Of a stretch of DNA of 64,000 bases, positions 41,901 to 56,900 are shown in pieces (positions within the stretch are counted from its first letter, which is position 1; each line of letters opens with the position of its first letter). A program made the translations under genes and the position numbers. The DNA is from Candidatus Omnitrophota bacterium (GTDB lineage Bacteria; Omnitrophota; Omnitrophia; Omnitrophales; Aquincolibacteriaceae). The stretch spans positions 448 to 64,447 of the forward strand of contig CAISGE010000021.1 in assembly GCA_903884815.1 (NCBI GenBank), read 5' to 3'. The notes below the pieces were generated by a model. The model was not told where the DNA came from and did no database searches. It saw only the letters and a list, made by a program, of their open reading frames with translations.

Positions 41901-44900
41901 CGAGACTCCCCAGCCGATAACAAAAGCCTCTACGCCGGCTCTATTCAAAGTGACCATGCGCATCGAATTTTTCGAATCGGCTTCAGTGGCATGAGGGATC
42001 AGCTTTTCAAGGATATTTTTAAAAGCCGTGGCGCCTGACGCCGTCGAAAGATCCATCCGGGCTCCCTCCAGAACAGCCTTTTTAATGAAGGCGAATGTGG
42101 CCTTCAGACTGCCCCAGCTTCCGTTCTCCGAAACCGCCTGACCGCCGAGATGCTGGATGGTCAGACTTTCGGTGAGGATCCTTCCGTCCTTCTTCAGAAT
42201 GCTCAGGAAAAGAGAACGTTCAGCGGTGAAGAAGCTTGCATCGAGCACTCCGTAGCGCCGCAGCGATTCCGCCGCGAGGATCTCCATGCCCGATACCGTG
42301 AGAAGGTCCAGGGTACGGGCCTTGGCACGCAGAGCCTCCAATTTCGAGCCCTCGAGTCCTATCAGATGCGCCGTCCCGTTCCGGTCAAAGATCCAGTTGT
42401 CGGTCTGCTTGATCCTGACGGTGTTGATGGATTTGACGCCCCAGCCAATCAGCCTGGCCCCGGAATAGTCCGAGGCGACAAATCCGGTTCGCGCCATTTT
42501 CAGGAGAGCAGCCCAGGAGGGGCCAAAAATCTTGTTCCCGGCGATGTCTATCATGTAGACCTGCCCGGTCTTCACATCGCGGTAGATCGTCGATCCGTTC
42601 TGGAAGATCTTCTCGGTGTTCAGTTTCCAAGTGTAAGTGTCGGTCAGCGAGTATTCGGCGGCACCGTGGCCGTCCAAGATCGATTTGGTGAGCAACAGGT
42701 TATCACCGCGAGCACTAATGACGCGGCCGGCGCTGTTACGGAGCAAGGTCAATGAACCCGAAGACCGGAGTGTCATGTGATTGCGATCGTCCCTGTATTC
42801 TTGCTGCAGCCGGGCATACCGCGACAAGAGCCCCGTGGACGGATCCCGCTGGGAGAAGGTTGTCGTCATGGACTCATAGCCTCTCCGGGAAAAGATCTCC
42901 GTCAGTGCCGTGCCTCCGGAGGAAAGACCGGCCATGCTCGCGCTGAAGCTGAGGTCGCCCGACTGATTATAAAACCCGACCGTCGTCGCCGTGGTGACCG
43001 TGTCACCGGTCCGTGTGCTCGAGGCCGCAGCGGGGGTTTTGGATCCGCCCGTGATGGTCGAACCCGCCTGGCCCGTGCCGTGCTTGTCGATCGGCTTTTT
43101 GTCCTCATTCACTTTTTGCGAGGCCTTCATCATCGGGACGAAAACATCGTTTCGTAATTGATGGTTCCGGTCCTGCGTCAGATAAAAATCATAATAACGG
43201 TAAGTAAGATATTTTGTGACCAGCCCCGAATCGCTCTGATACGTGTCTAAAATTCTAGCGCATTCTGCTTTGAAGGCATTTGCGGCATCTTTTTCTGCTT
43301 TTTGCATCGCATTCCACGCCGTTTTATCGCTCCCAAAACCTCCGGCCGCGGCATACGCGATATGATAGACCTGTTCCGCCACCTGATACGCGGATTGATA
43401 TGTCGCCTGGGCCGCAAGCCCGTAAAAATTGGCACGTAGCATCAAAAGATTGTTATCGAGACCGCTGACCAGGTAATAGTCCTTGGCGTCTGTCAAAGCG
43501 GTCGTGAGTTCACTGGTGCGGGTGGTGGCCAAACCGACCAAAGTGCTGAGGATCGCCCCTGCATCGGAGGTGAGATGCTTAAGCGCAGCCTCAACGTTGG
43601 CAGCCCAGGTGTTATCCTTCGATGTGATGTCTGTTTGACCACCATTTGTCCTGTCTCTCCCATGAGGGCCATCAATATAAAAACATCCCATATCGCTGCC
43701 ACTCCCATAAATGGGTTGGAACAGATCTCCTGCCTGGCCGCCCCAACCGGAATAACCGGCCAGAGAACCGTAGAGATTGATCGCATTGTTCAACGCGGCG
43801 GCCTTTCTGAGAAGGATGGCCGTCTTGAACCCCTGGGCGGCAATATCCGCGGAACAACCATCCTCTGTCGTCTTACACAAAGCGTCATTCACGGCGTCGA
43901 GGGCACCGAAGTAAGCCGAGCGTACCGATTCGACCCTCCCCATAATATCGTCGACATTCGCGACCCAAACGCCTCTGGCGGCATCTCTCACTGTCTTCTG
44001 GGTGCGATCGCCGACCCACTCATTCGACTCCATTGCCACCTTAAGGGCGATCACTATCCCGCTGTTGACCCGGAGAGCGCTGTCCGCTTTCACAAGATCC
44101 AGAAACTTCCCGCGGATGCCTGCATAGTCGGCTGTCAGTGTCTCCAGATACCCCCCGGTTCCCGTGACCAGAGCAGCCCCATCCGTGATCGATTTAGAAT
44201 TGTCTCCATAGTATGCGGTGGGAGAATTCGCTTTATAGAGAGTGGAATCGAGCAAGGGATACTGCTGTAAAACCGTTTCCGTAAAACGCGTGACACGCTC
44301 CACAGCATACCCGGTCACCATATCTTCCAGGCCGTTCGCGGAACCGACGATCTGGAGCGTCACCCCGTCACTTGTCCGGACAAATCCCCCTTGGCTGAAT
44401 GCCCGCGTGAGTGAATCGCCATCGACGGATGCGTCCTGCAATGCGTCCGTGACTGATCCCTGATAGTTCTGTTGGGCAGCACGCAAGGAGGTTTGATAAG
44501 ATGCGGCGTCACCGCCAAGAGAGTTCAGATTGGTCGCAAGATCCGTGGTATTTCCTTCTCGGATGCTTGTAATCGTGTCTTTCGCAAGATCCTCCTCGTG
44601 AGTATCCTTGTCTATGCTTCCTTCGGCCTCACCACTCCCTTTAAATAACGCCTTAGTCTGATCCACAACCGTCTTCATATAGCCGATGGTGGCGCTGTAT
44701 AAACCGGCGGCGGCTGTTGAAGTCGTGTTAATGCGGCTAAGTGCTTTATCAATGAAATCGGTCGCTCCATCAACAACTGTGGAGTCCCATTTGAGATTCC
44801 CGGACTGATCAAACTCCGGCGGGATGGGCAGCCGGATATTGACGTCATTCATCGTAAAGAAAAGGGCGTCCCGGGACGCGTAGCGGAAAAGGCCGCAATC

Positions 44901-47900
44901 CCCGGTCAAGTTGTTGTTAAATGGCGCATAAGCGTCGTTAAGATCCGAAGTTAATTGATCAACATTAGTCTGGATCCACTGGTTGAATTTCTGGGTGGCA
45001 TCCTTGTACGCAGCGTTCAGCGCCGTGAGGGCAGCTGACGGATCGCTCGCGACATCACGCTTATAATCCGCGGCAGCTTTTTTGATGGCCCCGATAAACT
45101 CGTTTTTCTTTCCGGTAATACCCGTTTTGAAAGTGTCAGTTGCTGTCGTGACATCCCCCAAAGACGGGTCGCCGTCGGGAGCCCCGGCCAATTCGCTTTC
45201 ATAAGTGCGGGCAATCTGGGCGGCGAGATCAAAATACGAATCGGGGACCTGTCCCATCCGTGATCCCATGCGGTTCTTCAGGAAATCACTAACATTTGCC
45301 GCTGTGATATTATGGGTCGTGACATCGACGATCGTCTCAAAGAGGATATCGCGCATCGTGTAAATGCCGGTTCTGCTTGTTGACGCGGGGGGCTGAATAA
45401 TCATACTTGCCGTAAGTTGCCCTGCCTGCGCGGCATTGGCTTGCGCAGTTGCCGCCGTGGGATCAGTCGTCGCATAAACCCTGCTACTCATGAGCGCCCT
45501 CATGCCGGGAAGGCTTTCGTTAAGTTGGCGCAAGTCCGCAAGAGGCAGCGTGCTGTTGGCTACGTTCCAGTAGGAATTTTGATTGGCTGGCACTTCGGTA
45601 TTTGTCTTGTCGTAACAATTCGGACCATTATTCCCGGTGCATGCGGGAAGACCCTGGGTGTTATCCAGTGTGTTCGTCAGAGCTCCGAGGGCTGCGCCGT
45701 TGTATTCGAGACTGACCGGAAGGCCATTGCCGTCCAGGACGACCGCAAAAGCGGGCGGTTGTCTCGCCCCAGCGAGTGCCGCCGGGGGCATGCGCTCGAT
45801 CCCGACCACCCTTGTACCGTTGGCGCGTTCGACAAAGAGAAGCTTGATGCGTTCGGCTTTGGCTTCGTCAAACTCCGAACCGATAAAGAACTGTTGTTTT
45901 TCGAAGGTTTGGGGATCGTTATAGTCGCCGAACGTGGTCACGATCTTATCCCGGAGCAAGCCCGCGGTCGGAGCCCAGGTATCTCCGAGAAAATTCGCCT
46001 GGTAGTTTATGGTCTCGGTTGATTGGGTAACATTCCCCAGCGCGTTACGCGCATCAATGGTGATCTGCCGGTCATAAAGCTCCATCGGCGAGGACACAAG
46101 GATCTTGGACCCGAGAAAGGACGACAAGTTCACCTTCTTGACGCGCTGGCTGATGACCTCTCCATATTGGCTGTAAAAGCTGCCGGTGCGATCTTCAAAA
46201 TACCCATCCCCCGTGCTCTTATGGTAAAGCGTGCGCTGCTCGCTCACGACGGGAGTTCCTGATTCGAACGATTCGTCACCCATCGCCAGGCGGTAGGTGA
46301 AAAAGCTGTTGGAAGTGAAGTCCGCACCGCTGGCGTCTGTCCCCGTACGCGAGAGTGCCATCAAAGTCCCGTAGCCGTTCTGCGCGAGATGTTTTTGGAC
46401 AAATTCATTGTCGAAGAGATCCCAAGAGACCATCGATTTGATGGCGTGGGTCTTATCATTGGGATCGGGCTCATACGCAACGTTATAGCCCGGGATCGTG
46501 ATATTCGACGTGTCCTGACTTGGCGTCAGGAAATAGCGGGTAATTTCCTCGACTCCCGCAGCCCCTGACGGAGTATAAGTTTCGACGGTCTTTTCGATAA
46601 ACCCGTGAGCATCCGTGGTGTAAACGTACTCGCGTTGGCCGACAGAGGCATTCCTGCTGTCGTCGTCTCTTGTCCCACCGCGGAAGAGCGTAACCCGGTT
46701 GTACTCGTCGTACTCTTCATAAGTCGCGTAATAGCCGTCATTAACGGTCGTGTACGTACAGGTCGACCCGGAACATTTCAAATCGGTGTTTTTCTGCATC
46801 TCAGTCCCCGAATTAGTCGGGTCATCAACGGTATAAACCGTGTTGTCGGCTGCCACTAATGTTTTCGGAGACGATGTATATCCTTCCGACTGGGTGCGCG
46901 TCCGTCCCGTAAGTTTTCCGTCAGTATAATCATTGTCATAAAGGGAGAAAACACCTTCGAAATCAGTCTCCGCGCGGATCGTGTTAAAATAAGGGTCGAA
47001 CCAGACTTCTCGCGTGTCCGAGAGCCCCTGGTTCTCGCGCGATTCGCTGACCTCCGTGTAGTGAACAAGACGGCCCCGCCCGTCCAGAGAATCAGCGTCA
47101 TACTCATAGCGGAAGGCGTTACCGCGCGCGTCGACATACCGCGTTTTGAATCCCGTCTTCACATCCAGAAAGAGCTGGGTGGTGAATTCCTTGCTGTCAA
47201 TCACCTGGGTATCGCTGTAGCCATTGACCAGGAAGGAGCCGTATTCAAAGGAGTTCGTCCGCGTAAAAACATTCCCCCAAACATCCAGGTACCCGGTGAC
47301 ATTGCCAAAACGGTCGAAATAGAAGGTTCTCGGGAGATTCGCCTGGGGTTTTCCGGGAGCCCCGGGCGTTTGGTCCAAAGTCTGCTCGGATTTCAGGAAA
47401 CCGCCTTCGAATAATTGAGTGATCGTGGATAAATTTCCGAAATTATCGATCGTTTGATTTTTGATGCCCACGGAATTAAACTTGGTGATGGTAATGTTCT
47501 CATTAACAGTAGATTCTTCGCTGGACACGACAGACAACTGCTTGACCGTCAGATCGTCCTGGAGACCATTCGCTTTCAGCGTGCGGACGTATTCCGTGTG
47601 GTTCCCGTAGCGGTCCATCGTTTTTGTTTCCATGCCGATCTTGTCATATTGAGTCTCGGTACAACTGACGCTTGCGGAAAGCGTGAAGCAATTCCCGGCC
47701 ATGGGCAAAGCAGCCAACTGCGCCGCAGTCAGGTAGGGCGATAACTTCGAGGTCATCGTCAGATCCATCTCAGTCGTTTTCGTGAGAAGTCCTTTCGAAA
47801 GCACATACTCAAACTTGCTGAGTTGAGTCCTGAGAACTTTCAGCCCGGCTTTGGCCGTTTCGGCATCATCTCCTTTCGTAAAGATTTTGTTTCCCGTGGA

Positions 47901-50900
47901 GGTCGCGGCCGGATTCCAAGCGTCAGCCAAAATGCGTTCCCGGCTCTTGGCATAGCCCTTATCGTCCATCACCTCGTAAACCGCGTCCGTGGTCGTGATC
48001 CCGCTTGTTGCATCAGTCCTCGGAGTCCGTGTCAAGACGGCCGCGGTTCGGCCGCAACCATTGATCGTGTAATTGTAGTAGGTAACGACGGCATAAGAAT
48101 CGGTTTGCTTTGTCATCAGGCCGGTATCGGGATCAAATTCCTGTTTCGTGCCAAGGAACTCCTGTCCGTCGAAATCCCCCGGCGTGTACCACGTGGGACA
48201 ATCTCCGTCAGCGAAACACCGGTCGCGCCAGTCCTTGATCACCATCTCTGTCATTTGCCCGACGTTATTCTTGGTGTAAGTAAAATCGGTTCTATTGCCG
48301 AAGCGGTCCGTGCTTGAAATGACATCACCCACATTGTTAAAAGTCTGGACGGTGGCCTGAAGCTTCGGGGTGTTTGTCAAATTCCAATCCTTCATCAGCT
48401 GATCGGTCGTCGTGATCTTTCTGAGAACACCGTTCGTATCTCTCGTATAAGTGAGATCCGACTGGTCGGTGCCGGTCTTCGGCTCGTACCGGTTCTTGAT
48501 ATGGATCACGTCCCCGTTACTGGCGTAATAGCGCGTCATGTCGTAGGTTGAATCTGGCGGGTTTGGCCTGGAAGCGGCGGGAATAAAAGACTCCCACGCA
48601 GCGGCGCTCATAACGGCGGTTTTCACAAGGGCTGAATAATCCCTTCCAAAGCCCCCGCGCGTCTCCGTCATGCTTTCGAGATTGCCGGTGACCGAATCAT
48701 AGGTTGCACTCGCCGTTTGGTAGACCACCGTCGCACGAAGCTGGTCTATCACCATCTGGTTCTGGCCCCAGGCATCCTGGACTGTGAGTTGTTGGACGCT
48801 ACCATAATTGGTAACAGCGGGAGTATCCGAAATGACACGCACGGTTGTCGCAGTCGGCGGATTGTCAAGCGCCGGGGTGAAGGCTCCCGATTGGCCCGGT
48901 TTGAACATGAATGACACGGTTTGCGTGATCCGCCCCAAAGCATCCCTGGGGCGGATAAAGACCTGGTCGCCAAAATCGGATTTGATCACAGACAGCTCTC
49001 CACGGTCGCTGTAGTAATAATATTCCAAGCGCTGGCCGCCCCCCGTAACGCCCAGGTCTGCTGGGGGGTGCATCACTTTATCGATCAGATCCTGGTAGGC
49101 CCCCATCACTTTTTTCTGCATATATTGAGTAACGGTGCCGTCAGAGCCGGTCGTTTTGTCAATATCGCAATAGGGTCCCGTCGGGGGGGTAACGTACGTG
49201 TAGGTCGTCTTGAGACCCGTCGGAGCGGTGATAGTGTTGATCCGGCCTTTCCTTTGTCCGGTGGTGTAGAACTGCGTCACGGTCCCGTTCCCGTCTGTGA
49301 CCGTGTCGACGGTTTTGCGCCCATCATAAGGATCCGTGGCATAGGTGTAGGTCTGGACATTGAAAACGCGGCCGATGACGGGAACATCCACGGTGCCACC
49401 TTGATCGAATTTATTGATCTTGGAAGTCGTGGTCTGCAGAAGTTCCTCGCCACGGTTGCCGGTATAGACATTGTTGGTCACGAGGGTATCCGTAGCGGTA
49501 TCAACTTTTTCCATGGCGTGCGACGTCGTATTGTAGGTGTATTTACTTTGCGATACTTTGCGCGGTGTGATATTAACCGGAGAACCCGTGGGATTCGTTC
49601 GCTCGTAAACATCGCTTACCGAGATTCTGTCCCCGACCATGGTCTGATCGATCCACTGGAGGTAACTGTAATCGGACGAGTACTGATCGTTTTGATAGCG
49701 CTGGATCAGGTACTCATGGTTGCCAGGCGTGCTGTTCTCGGCTCCTGTGAGTTGACGGGCATAGGTGGTCCGTACCGAATCCGTCGCGAAGCCACTGGTG
49801 AGATCCCCCTGGATCCGGACCCAGTTCCCTTGCTGCGAAATCCCGTTCACATCATACGCGGTGCCGACCTCTTGAATAAGTTTGGAGTAGCGGTTATACG
49901 TGGTATTGGGAGTGAACAGCATATCCCCATAATCAGTGATCCGGTAAGTGAACACCGTGGTGCCTCCCAACAAAGGATCAGTTTCCTTCCGTGTGAGTTG
50001 GCGTGTCAGCTGCGTCGAATTTTGCTTTGCGAAAGCGCCGGTCAGGGAGGTAGCCATAGCCGTCCAGTTACCCGGGATTCCGCCGTAGGTCGCGCCCTTC
50101 TGGAGGATTTGCTTTGAATATTCCAAATCCTTGTCGGTTACGACCCCAGTGAAGGACGAGTTGTAGTTGCCGATCGAGTAGGTCACGGGACGCAGGGCAT
50201 TGTCCGCGAGAGTATTTTCAACGATCGTGATCTGCCGACTGTAACGGGATTTGTAGGCCTGATCTCCGAAGGTGGAACTAAGATCGGATGACACTCTCAT
50301 CCATTTCTTCGTGCCTTGATTCACGCCGGCGTTTGAGAAGTCCGCGTCTTCCGTCTGCTTCGTGTAAGTAAGCCCCGTCTTGTCGGCCGCAGCGCCGCAG
50401 TTTTCGTCCGCATAGTTCCCCACGACGTATGTCACGCCCGAAACCGTGATCTGCCGCATGAAATTCGAATCTGCGGTGATTCCAAATGTCGCGCTGAGGT
50501 CCGTCGAAACTTTCATCCAGGTTTCGTTCGTGGTCGTCACCCCGACATTCGAGTAAGTCGAGTCTTTCACCTGTTTCGTGTAAGTAAGACCCGTGGTATC
50601 GGCCGCGGCATTAAACGCAGCGTTGTAATTCCCGACCACATAAGTTACGATCCCGACCGTCACCTGACGCATGTACTCCATGCTTGTCCCGGTCTTAAAA
50701 CTACTCGTAAGACCCGTCGTCACTTTCATCCAGGTCTCGTTCGTGGTCGTGACCCCGACATTCGAATAAGTCGAGTCTTTCTCCTGGATCGTGTACTCGA
50801 TCTTCTTCCCCGAGACGGGAACGCTGTCGCTAAAGGCGCTTGTGTAATTACTGATCACATAAGTGAAGTTCCCGACCGTCACCTGACGCATGTACTCCAT

Positions 50901-53900
50901 GCTCGTCCCGGCCTGGAAACTGCTTGTAAGACCCGTCGTCACTTTCATCCAGGTCTCGTTCGTGGTCGTGACCCCGACATTGGAATAAGTCGAGTCTTTC
51001 TCCTGGATCGTGTACTCGATCTTCTTCCCCGAGACGGGAACACTGTCGCTAAAGGCGCTTGTGTAATTACTGATCACATAAGTGAAGTTCCCGACCGTCA
51101 CCTGACGCATGTAATCCGATTGATTCATAACGTGTTCAAAAGACGCGCTAAGGCCCGTCGACAACCTGATCCACCCATCGCCACCCGCTATGCCGGGCAC
51201 GCTAAAAGCAGTGTCTTTAACTTGTTCCATATATTGTTCAGAACCGGGGATATCGAGCCCCTCAGGACTAACATTCCGTGATTTTGTACGAATCCAGGAA
51301 CCATCACCGTAAACATCCAGCTGAAATGTGTGGGCGGTCATAGTGGCAAAATCGTTTCCCGAGAATTCCATGATCTCGGTAGCTCCCTGGCGCGTCGGAG
51401 GGACAATATTTACACCCAATCCTTGAGCGTCATCATAGCTCGTTTGCTTAAACCACGTATCGTCCCGGTTGTGGTCCACATTGGATGTCTTCAACGTATA
51501 CCCGGTCGGCATCGGAACGCTCACGGGCAATTCCAAATCGGGCGTGTTGGCCTTTGAATAAATATTGTAAAGACCGCTCTTCATATCCCCTCCATAGTTA
51601 TGCACATAGGAGACATGATCCATGTTGGCATCCGCAATCTGAAAGGAATGGCTCTTGGGATCACCCAACTTCGAGATATCGTAAGTCCCCGTGGCAGCAA
51701 AAGAGTTGCCCGATCCGGGGGTATAACTTCCGTACGTCTGGGTCTCCGATCCCTCAGAGGCGAGAACAATGGTGGAATCTTCCGGTAAAACAACGTCCCC
51801 CTCATTCGCACGCGCGGTCTGGACAGTGTAGGTGTCATCGGCACATGCCGCAGCATTGGAGGAGGTGCATTCCGTAAAATCATGGCCGAAGTCGTGCGTC
51901 ACAGACTGCTTGGCCGCCACCTGCACCTGGCGGAAAGCGCGGGCCTCAACCCACGCCATGGTCCCCGGATCAGCCGGATCATCGCGATAGACGTACTGGG
52001 TCGTGTAATCGTAATCGTTTGTCGTAGCCCCCACTCCATCAATTTTATAATGAGATTCATCGTAGGAAACCGCGAGGCTGTCGAGAAGATCCGCCCCCCC
52101 CGTCGTATCCTGCCTGTAATAGGTGACGGTATGCATTCTCTTCTCATTGCCGGCACCTTGTTCAAAGGCCGAGATCGCGGTCGTACGCCAGCATGGCGCG
52201 GCCGAACTGCAAACCGTACTATTATGACTCGCATTACGGGTCCCAGAGGTGACCACGTCACGGGTCACCGTACGAGCAAGACCGATATAAGAGCCCGAGT
52301 CTCCTGAGTCGAACTCGAGCGTTCCGGAAACGCCCCGGGGATAAACCACTCCGTCTTTGCGCACATAGTTTCCGGCAACAACCTTGTAGTCGTATTCCGT
52401 CTTCGACGCGAGACTCGAAACCGTCGCTCCAGACGAGGGCTTCGCGTAGTTCTCCACATAATCGACAAGCCCCCCGCCATAAACATCAGAACGCGGCAAG
52501 AGAGCGGCCGAATAGATCTGAGAAATGATCGCCCGATTCAGCTTCTTAATCTCCTGCAACTGCACCGGCGTAAGAGACGCAGAGTCTGTCGGATAAGCAG
52601 CGCACTGATCGATGAGCGTCTGGATCTCAGCGTTAAATTGCGACCTGTCGATCTGGGTGGCCGCGGTAAGGCTCGAATAAAGATCGCGTCTCGCGTAGAG
52701 ATTGCTCAAAGCCGCCGTGATCTGCTGATCTGTCACGGAATTCAAATCGGCGGGATTGCCAAGCGCTTGCAGAATCATCCCGCTGCTTGTCGTTCCGTCC
52801 TGTAGCGCGCTCAGAAGTCTGGCACGATCAAATGAATTGACCGTCAAAAACCGAGTTTTTGTTTGAACCCAAGCTCCATCCGCGGTTGCCGGAACGGGAT
52901 ATTTACTGGGATCCACGAGTTCCGCGGGATCGCTCGGCCTTGAAAATGAGACGGCCGTAATGTTCGATTGTTCAATCGTGTCTACTTTATAATAGGCCGC
53001 AGGCTTGTTCGTGGTATCGGTGCTTTGATAGGTATATGTCGAACGGGATTCCAGTTTTGCCCCATCAAAATCATAGGACCAAACCATTTCCACCCGGCCA
53101 TCAGCGTCGTATTTTGTAACGCTCTGGATCACCTCCGCGCCGTTGGATGCCACCCTGAAAGAGGACGAAGAAACGATTTTCCCGTTAGTATTAATGTTAT
53201 AGGTCTTGGCGACCACATTGCCGTTGGCATCCCGTGTTTCCGCCCTCGTCGCCAGTCCGTCCGCATAATAAGTGGTTTCATTGCCGCGAACTGAATAATC
53301 GAGAGTGGAACTGTCAGAGTCCGCACTGACGTTACAACCTGCCTGACTGGACGAATAACAAAATATTTCGGTAACCCCGTAAATATCGGTGCTGGAAACA
53401 AGCACTTCGGGTCCGGTGCCCCCGATCTGTTGAAAAACAAGAACGCGGCCGCTATTTTCATAGCGGCGAAGTTCGGCATTCCCCGAAGGCACTTCTTTGA
53501 ATTCCGCTCCGAGAACATCGCTCACATTAAGGACCTTTTTGATCTGATGCGTAACGGGATCCTCCTCGTAATTGACGATCACGCCGCTTGAGTAAACGCG
53601 ATTGAATAAACCTCCGCCGAGGGACACCGTGGTATAGCTGGCATTGCTTCCCGCAGCATACGCGCCGACGAGGGTACCGTTCGAATCAACGACACGCTGA
53701 AAATCGCGAAGCACCGTCCCATCCCTAGCCACGATCGAGACCATCACACCGTTCTGGAAGAAGGTGGTAACACCATTCTTGTCGGTCACCGAGGTCACAT
53801 TACCGTCCTGATCCCAGGTCCTCTGCCAACCGGAACGGCCTTCACTGATGAGTCGCGCGTGGCTCATGTCGCCAGGGTGATCCTTATCAAATTCGTAGAC

Positions 53901-56900
53901 CTGATGAAAATCCTTGCTCGGGGAAGTGATCTCGACCCGGCCGGCAACATCATCGAACTTATAAAAAAGAGCGTCGCCAGTATCAATGTTCCTGTAGATC
54001 ACGACACGCCCCTGGGCGTCATAGATCTGTTCATAGCGGACATTCTTTTCACGATCGTACCCACGGACAAAACGGAGCACGTCGTCCCCTGTTCCGAACC
54101 GCTTGTCGGCACCGAGGCCGAACACTTGCACAGAAAAGGGATCCTGTTCCAGCATGCCGTTCACATAACGGCGCGTCGTGAGCGTGACTTCATTGGTCGC
54201 ATCATTCCAGCCGAAGTCCGTGAGTGTCCTTTGCGTTGAAAATCCGGCGAGCTCTTCGGTCATGGCCCAGGTCTTTCCGTCGGCCTGAAGCAGTCGCCCC
54301 GCGGCATCGCGAAAATAATTCTTCTCCTCCGAAAGAACTGAAAGAAAATGGTTCTTCGAAGATCCGAGCTCCCCGCCCCCGAGATCGATCGTACTCCGGC
54401 TGACGATCCCCCCATTGCTGTCCGTTGCGTTGACCGTGACCTGACCGTTGGCATAACCATAAGTGTACGTTACCCCCGTCTCATCGGTCACAGAAGTGAT
54501 ACGGCCGCCCTGTAGAACGACGCCTGCCGCTTGGGAATTCAAATAAGCATCGTCAGCGGAAAAACCCACGATAAAGTCATCTTTGGTTCCATACTTCCCG
54601 TCTCCGCCGAGAGAAACCGTGCGGTCAACCTTTTTCGAAAGATCTGTCGAGTTGTTTTCGATATGCACGGTCCCCGATGAAAGATCGTAAGTGTAAGTCG
54701 TCAGAACATTCGAGATTTTGTCCAGTGAGGATGCGAGGCGAGTATTCGCAAAGACCTGGACCGTGCGACCATCGTCCCGGGATTCTAGCGTCCGTTCCTT
54801 CATCGGGTCCGAGTCTTTCCCATAGCTATAGGAATACGTGATCGGAGATTTTCCGTCGCCCTGCATCACTGTGATCGTCATCTGGTTCTTTCCAGCGCCG
54901 TAAAAGTTTTCGTTGTAGCTGAACGCCATAAGAATATTGCCTTGCGCGTCCGTAGCGTTCGTGATGCGGCGGCTTGCGCCAACATGATACGTGACGCCAT
55001 TGGTCGAGATCTGCTGAAGATTGTCGTAGCTGTCCTGACCGGTTTTCGAGAGATCGCTTTTGCCCCAGAGTTGCGTGACGCCGTCGATCGTGACCGAGAC
55101 CGTGCTGCCGTCCTGGCTATAGACAACGTTAGCGCCCGCGGCACCGACCGGAGCGGCGCCCTGCGAGAGGATTTCGGGCAGAATAGCCGGCGTCGGGACC
55201 GGGTCGCCGGCATTAAGCTCGGTAGCGCTGGAGTTCAAATTTGCACTGCCCCCGCCTCCCCCGCCTGCGGCATTACTATTCAGATCATCGATCAGTCTTT
55301 TGATCTTCCCGCCGAGATCCGTACATTCATCCTCATCCGCGAATGCGCTTTTAATGCAATCGCGGTCATAAGTTCGCAGGAGACGTTCCAATCGGTCCTG
55401 ATTCGGATCGAAAGAGCTGCTGCTGCCACCGCCTCTGATTGTACCCTGAACTGATGGCGTATAAACTTCGTCATCCGCGGTATAGATGATCCCGTCATTG
55501 CCATAACGTTTGTGAACCGCCGCCGCGCCATCTCCCAGCACATAGATTTTATTCACATCGTCAAAAGTCCCGGTCCGTAGCATCGCCCCCGGCATACCGT
55601 TCGAATCGAGTTTATAGATCGTGATCGTCGCGCCAGCGTCATAATCCAGCTCCACCACCTCCGACGTCGCCTCAAGATAGCGGTAGACCTTTTTCAGGGC
55701 ACCGTTGGCCGCATTCGAAACTCTTGTTTTGCGTCCCATGGCATCGTACTCGACGATAACGAATGAGCCGGATGTCTGCGTGTCGGGCTGGCGTGACTTC
55801 ACAAGCACCGCAGCCGATGTTCCCGCGGGGTCATAGGTATAATAAAAATCGGAACCATTGACCTCGATCACATAGGCTAGTGGCCCGTCACACTCGACCC
55901 GAAGTATCTTCAAATCCGTGGCCTTCACAAATTGCTGAGAGAAAACAGCCTCCAGCAATTTCCGGTTCAGGTATTTCAATTCCATTAACGTCAGGGTGCC
56001 TTGGGAATCAAGAGCTCTTGTCAGTAAGGACTTTGTCAGGCTGTCAAGACTCGCCTGCGTCGCGGCATCCGCCTGAAGGCGCGCATAATCCGCCGGAAGC
56101 ATCCGGATTGCCAGGATCTGATTCAGCGCGGCCACCCATTCCGCAGGGGTGACGGCCGTTCCCTGCCCAAGCTTTGCTGCGATAGCATCAAGTTTGCCCT
56201 GGCCCCATCCCGCAGACAATAAACTACTTGTCAGAGAGTTAGCCCTGAAGGTTCCTATCAAATCACCCGCAGAAAAATTGACCGAGCCGAATTGAGACCA
56301 GTCGATGCCGGTCCAATTGAGGAGGGCCGTTTGGGCGGCCACGAACCCCGGGGAGATCGCGGCGTCCGTAAAACCGTAATGAGGGATCAGTGTTGAGCTA
56401 TAGATTGGTATTTGAGCGATCCCGTCAAACCGGACCGGTTCGCTGCGTGTCACGTTCACCCCACTCTTCGCATAGACGCCTTGTTCGAGAAGTCTGAACA
56501 TGTTCGAAGCGGGATCCAAACTAAAAAGGGAGTAATGACCCGCCGTCGCGGATGTCGGGTCATAAGCATAGACCTTGGTGACAGGCGGAACCTGAGATCC
56601 GTCGATCTGGTAATCATATTCGACGGTCTTGAAGGTCCCATCCCCGTTGGGAATGCCCATTCTGACCGGCCGCGTTGTTTTTGCGACAGTGTCGTAAAGG
56701 CACGCATACTCGGCATTGCCGTATTTCACGATCACGGTGAGAAGATTGGGACTGGAGGCATCAGCGATCAAACGGACATTCTCCATCGCGACCGTAACGC
56801 CAAACTTGGCAAAGAGGTCATGCGCCGCATTAAACGCCAGCGCAGTGGTGGCAGCGCTGTAACCCGCACTGGGATAGAGGATCGAGGCCATAACCGAAAC

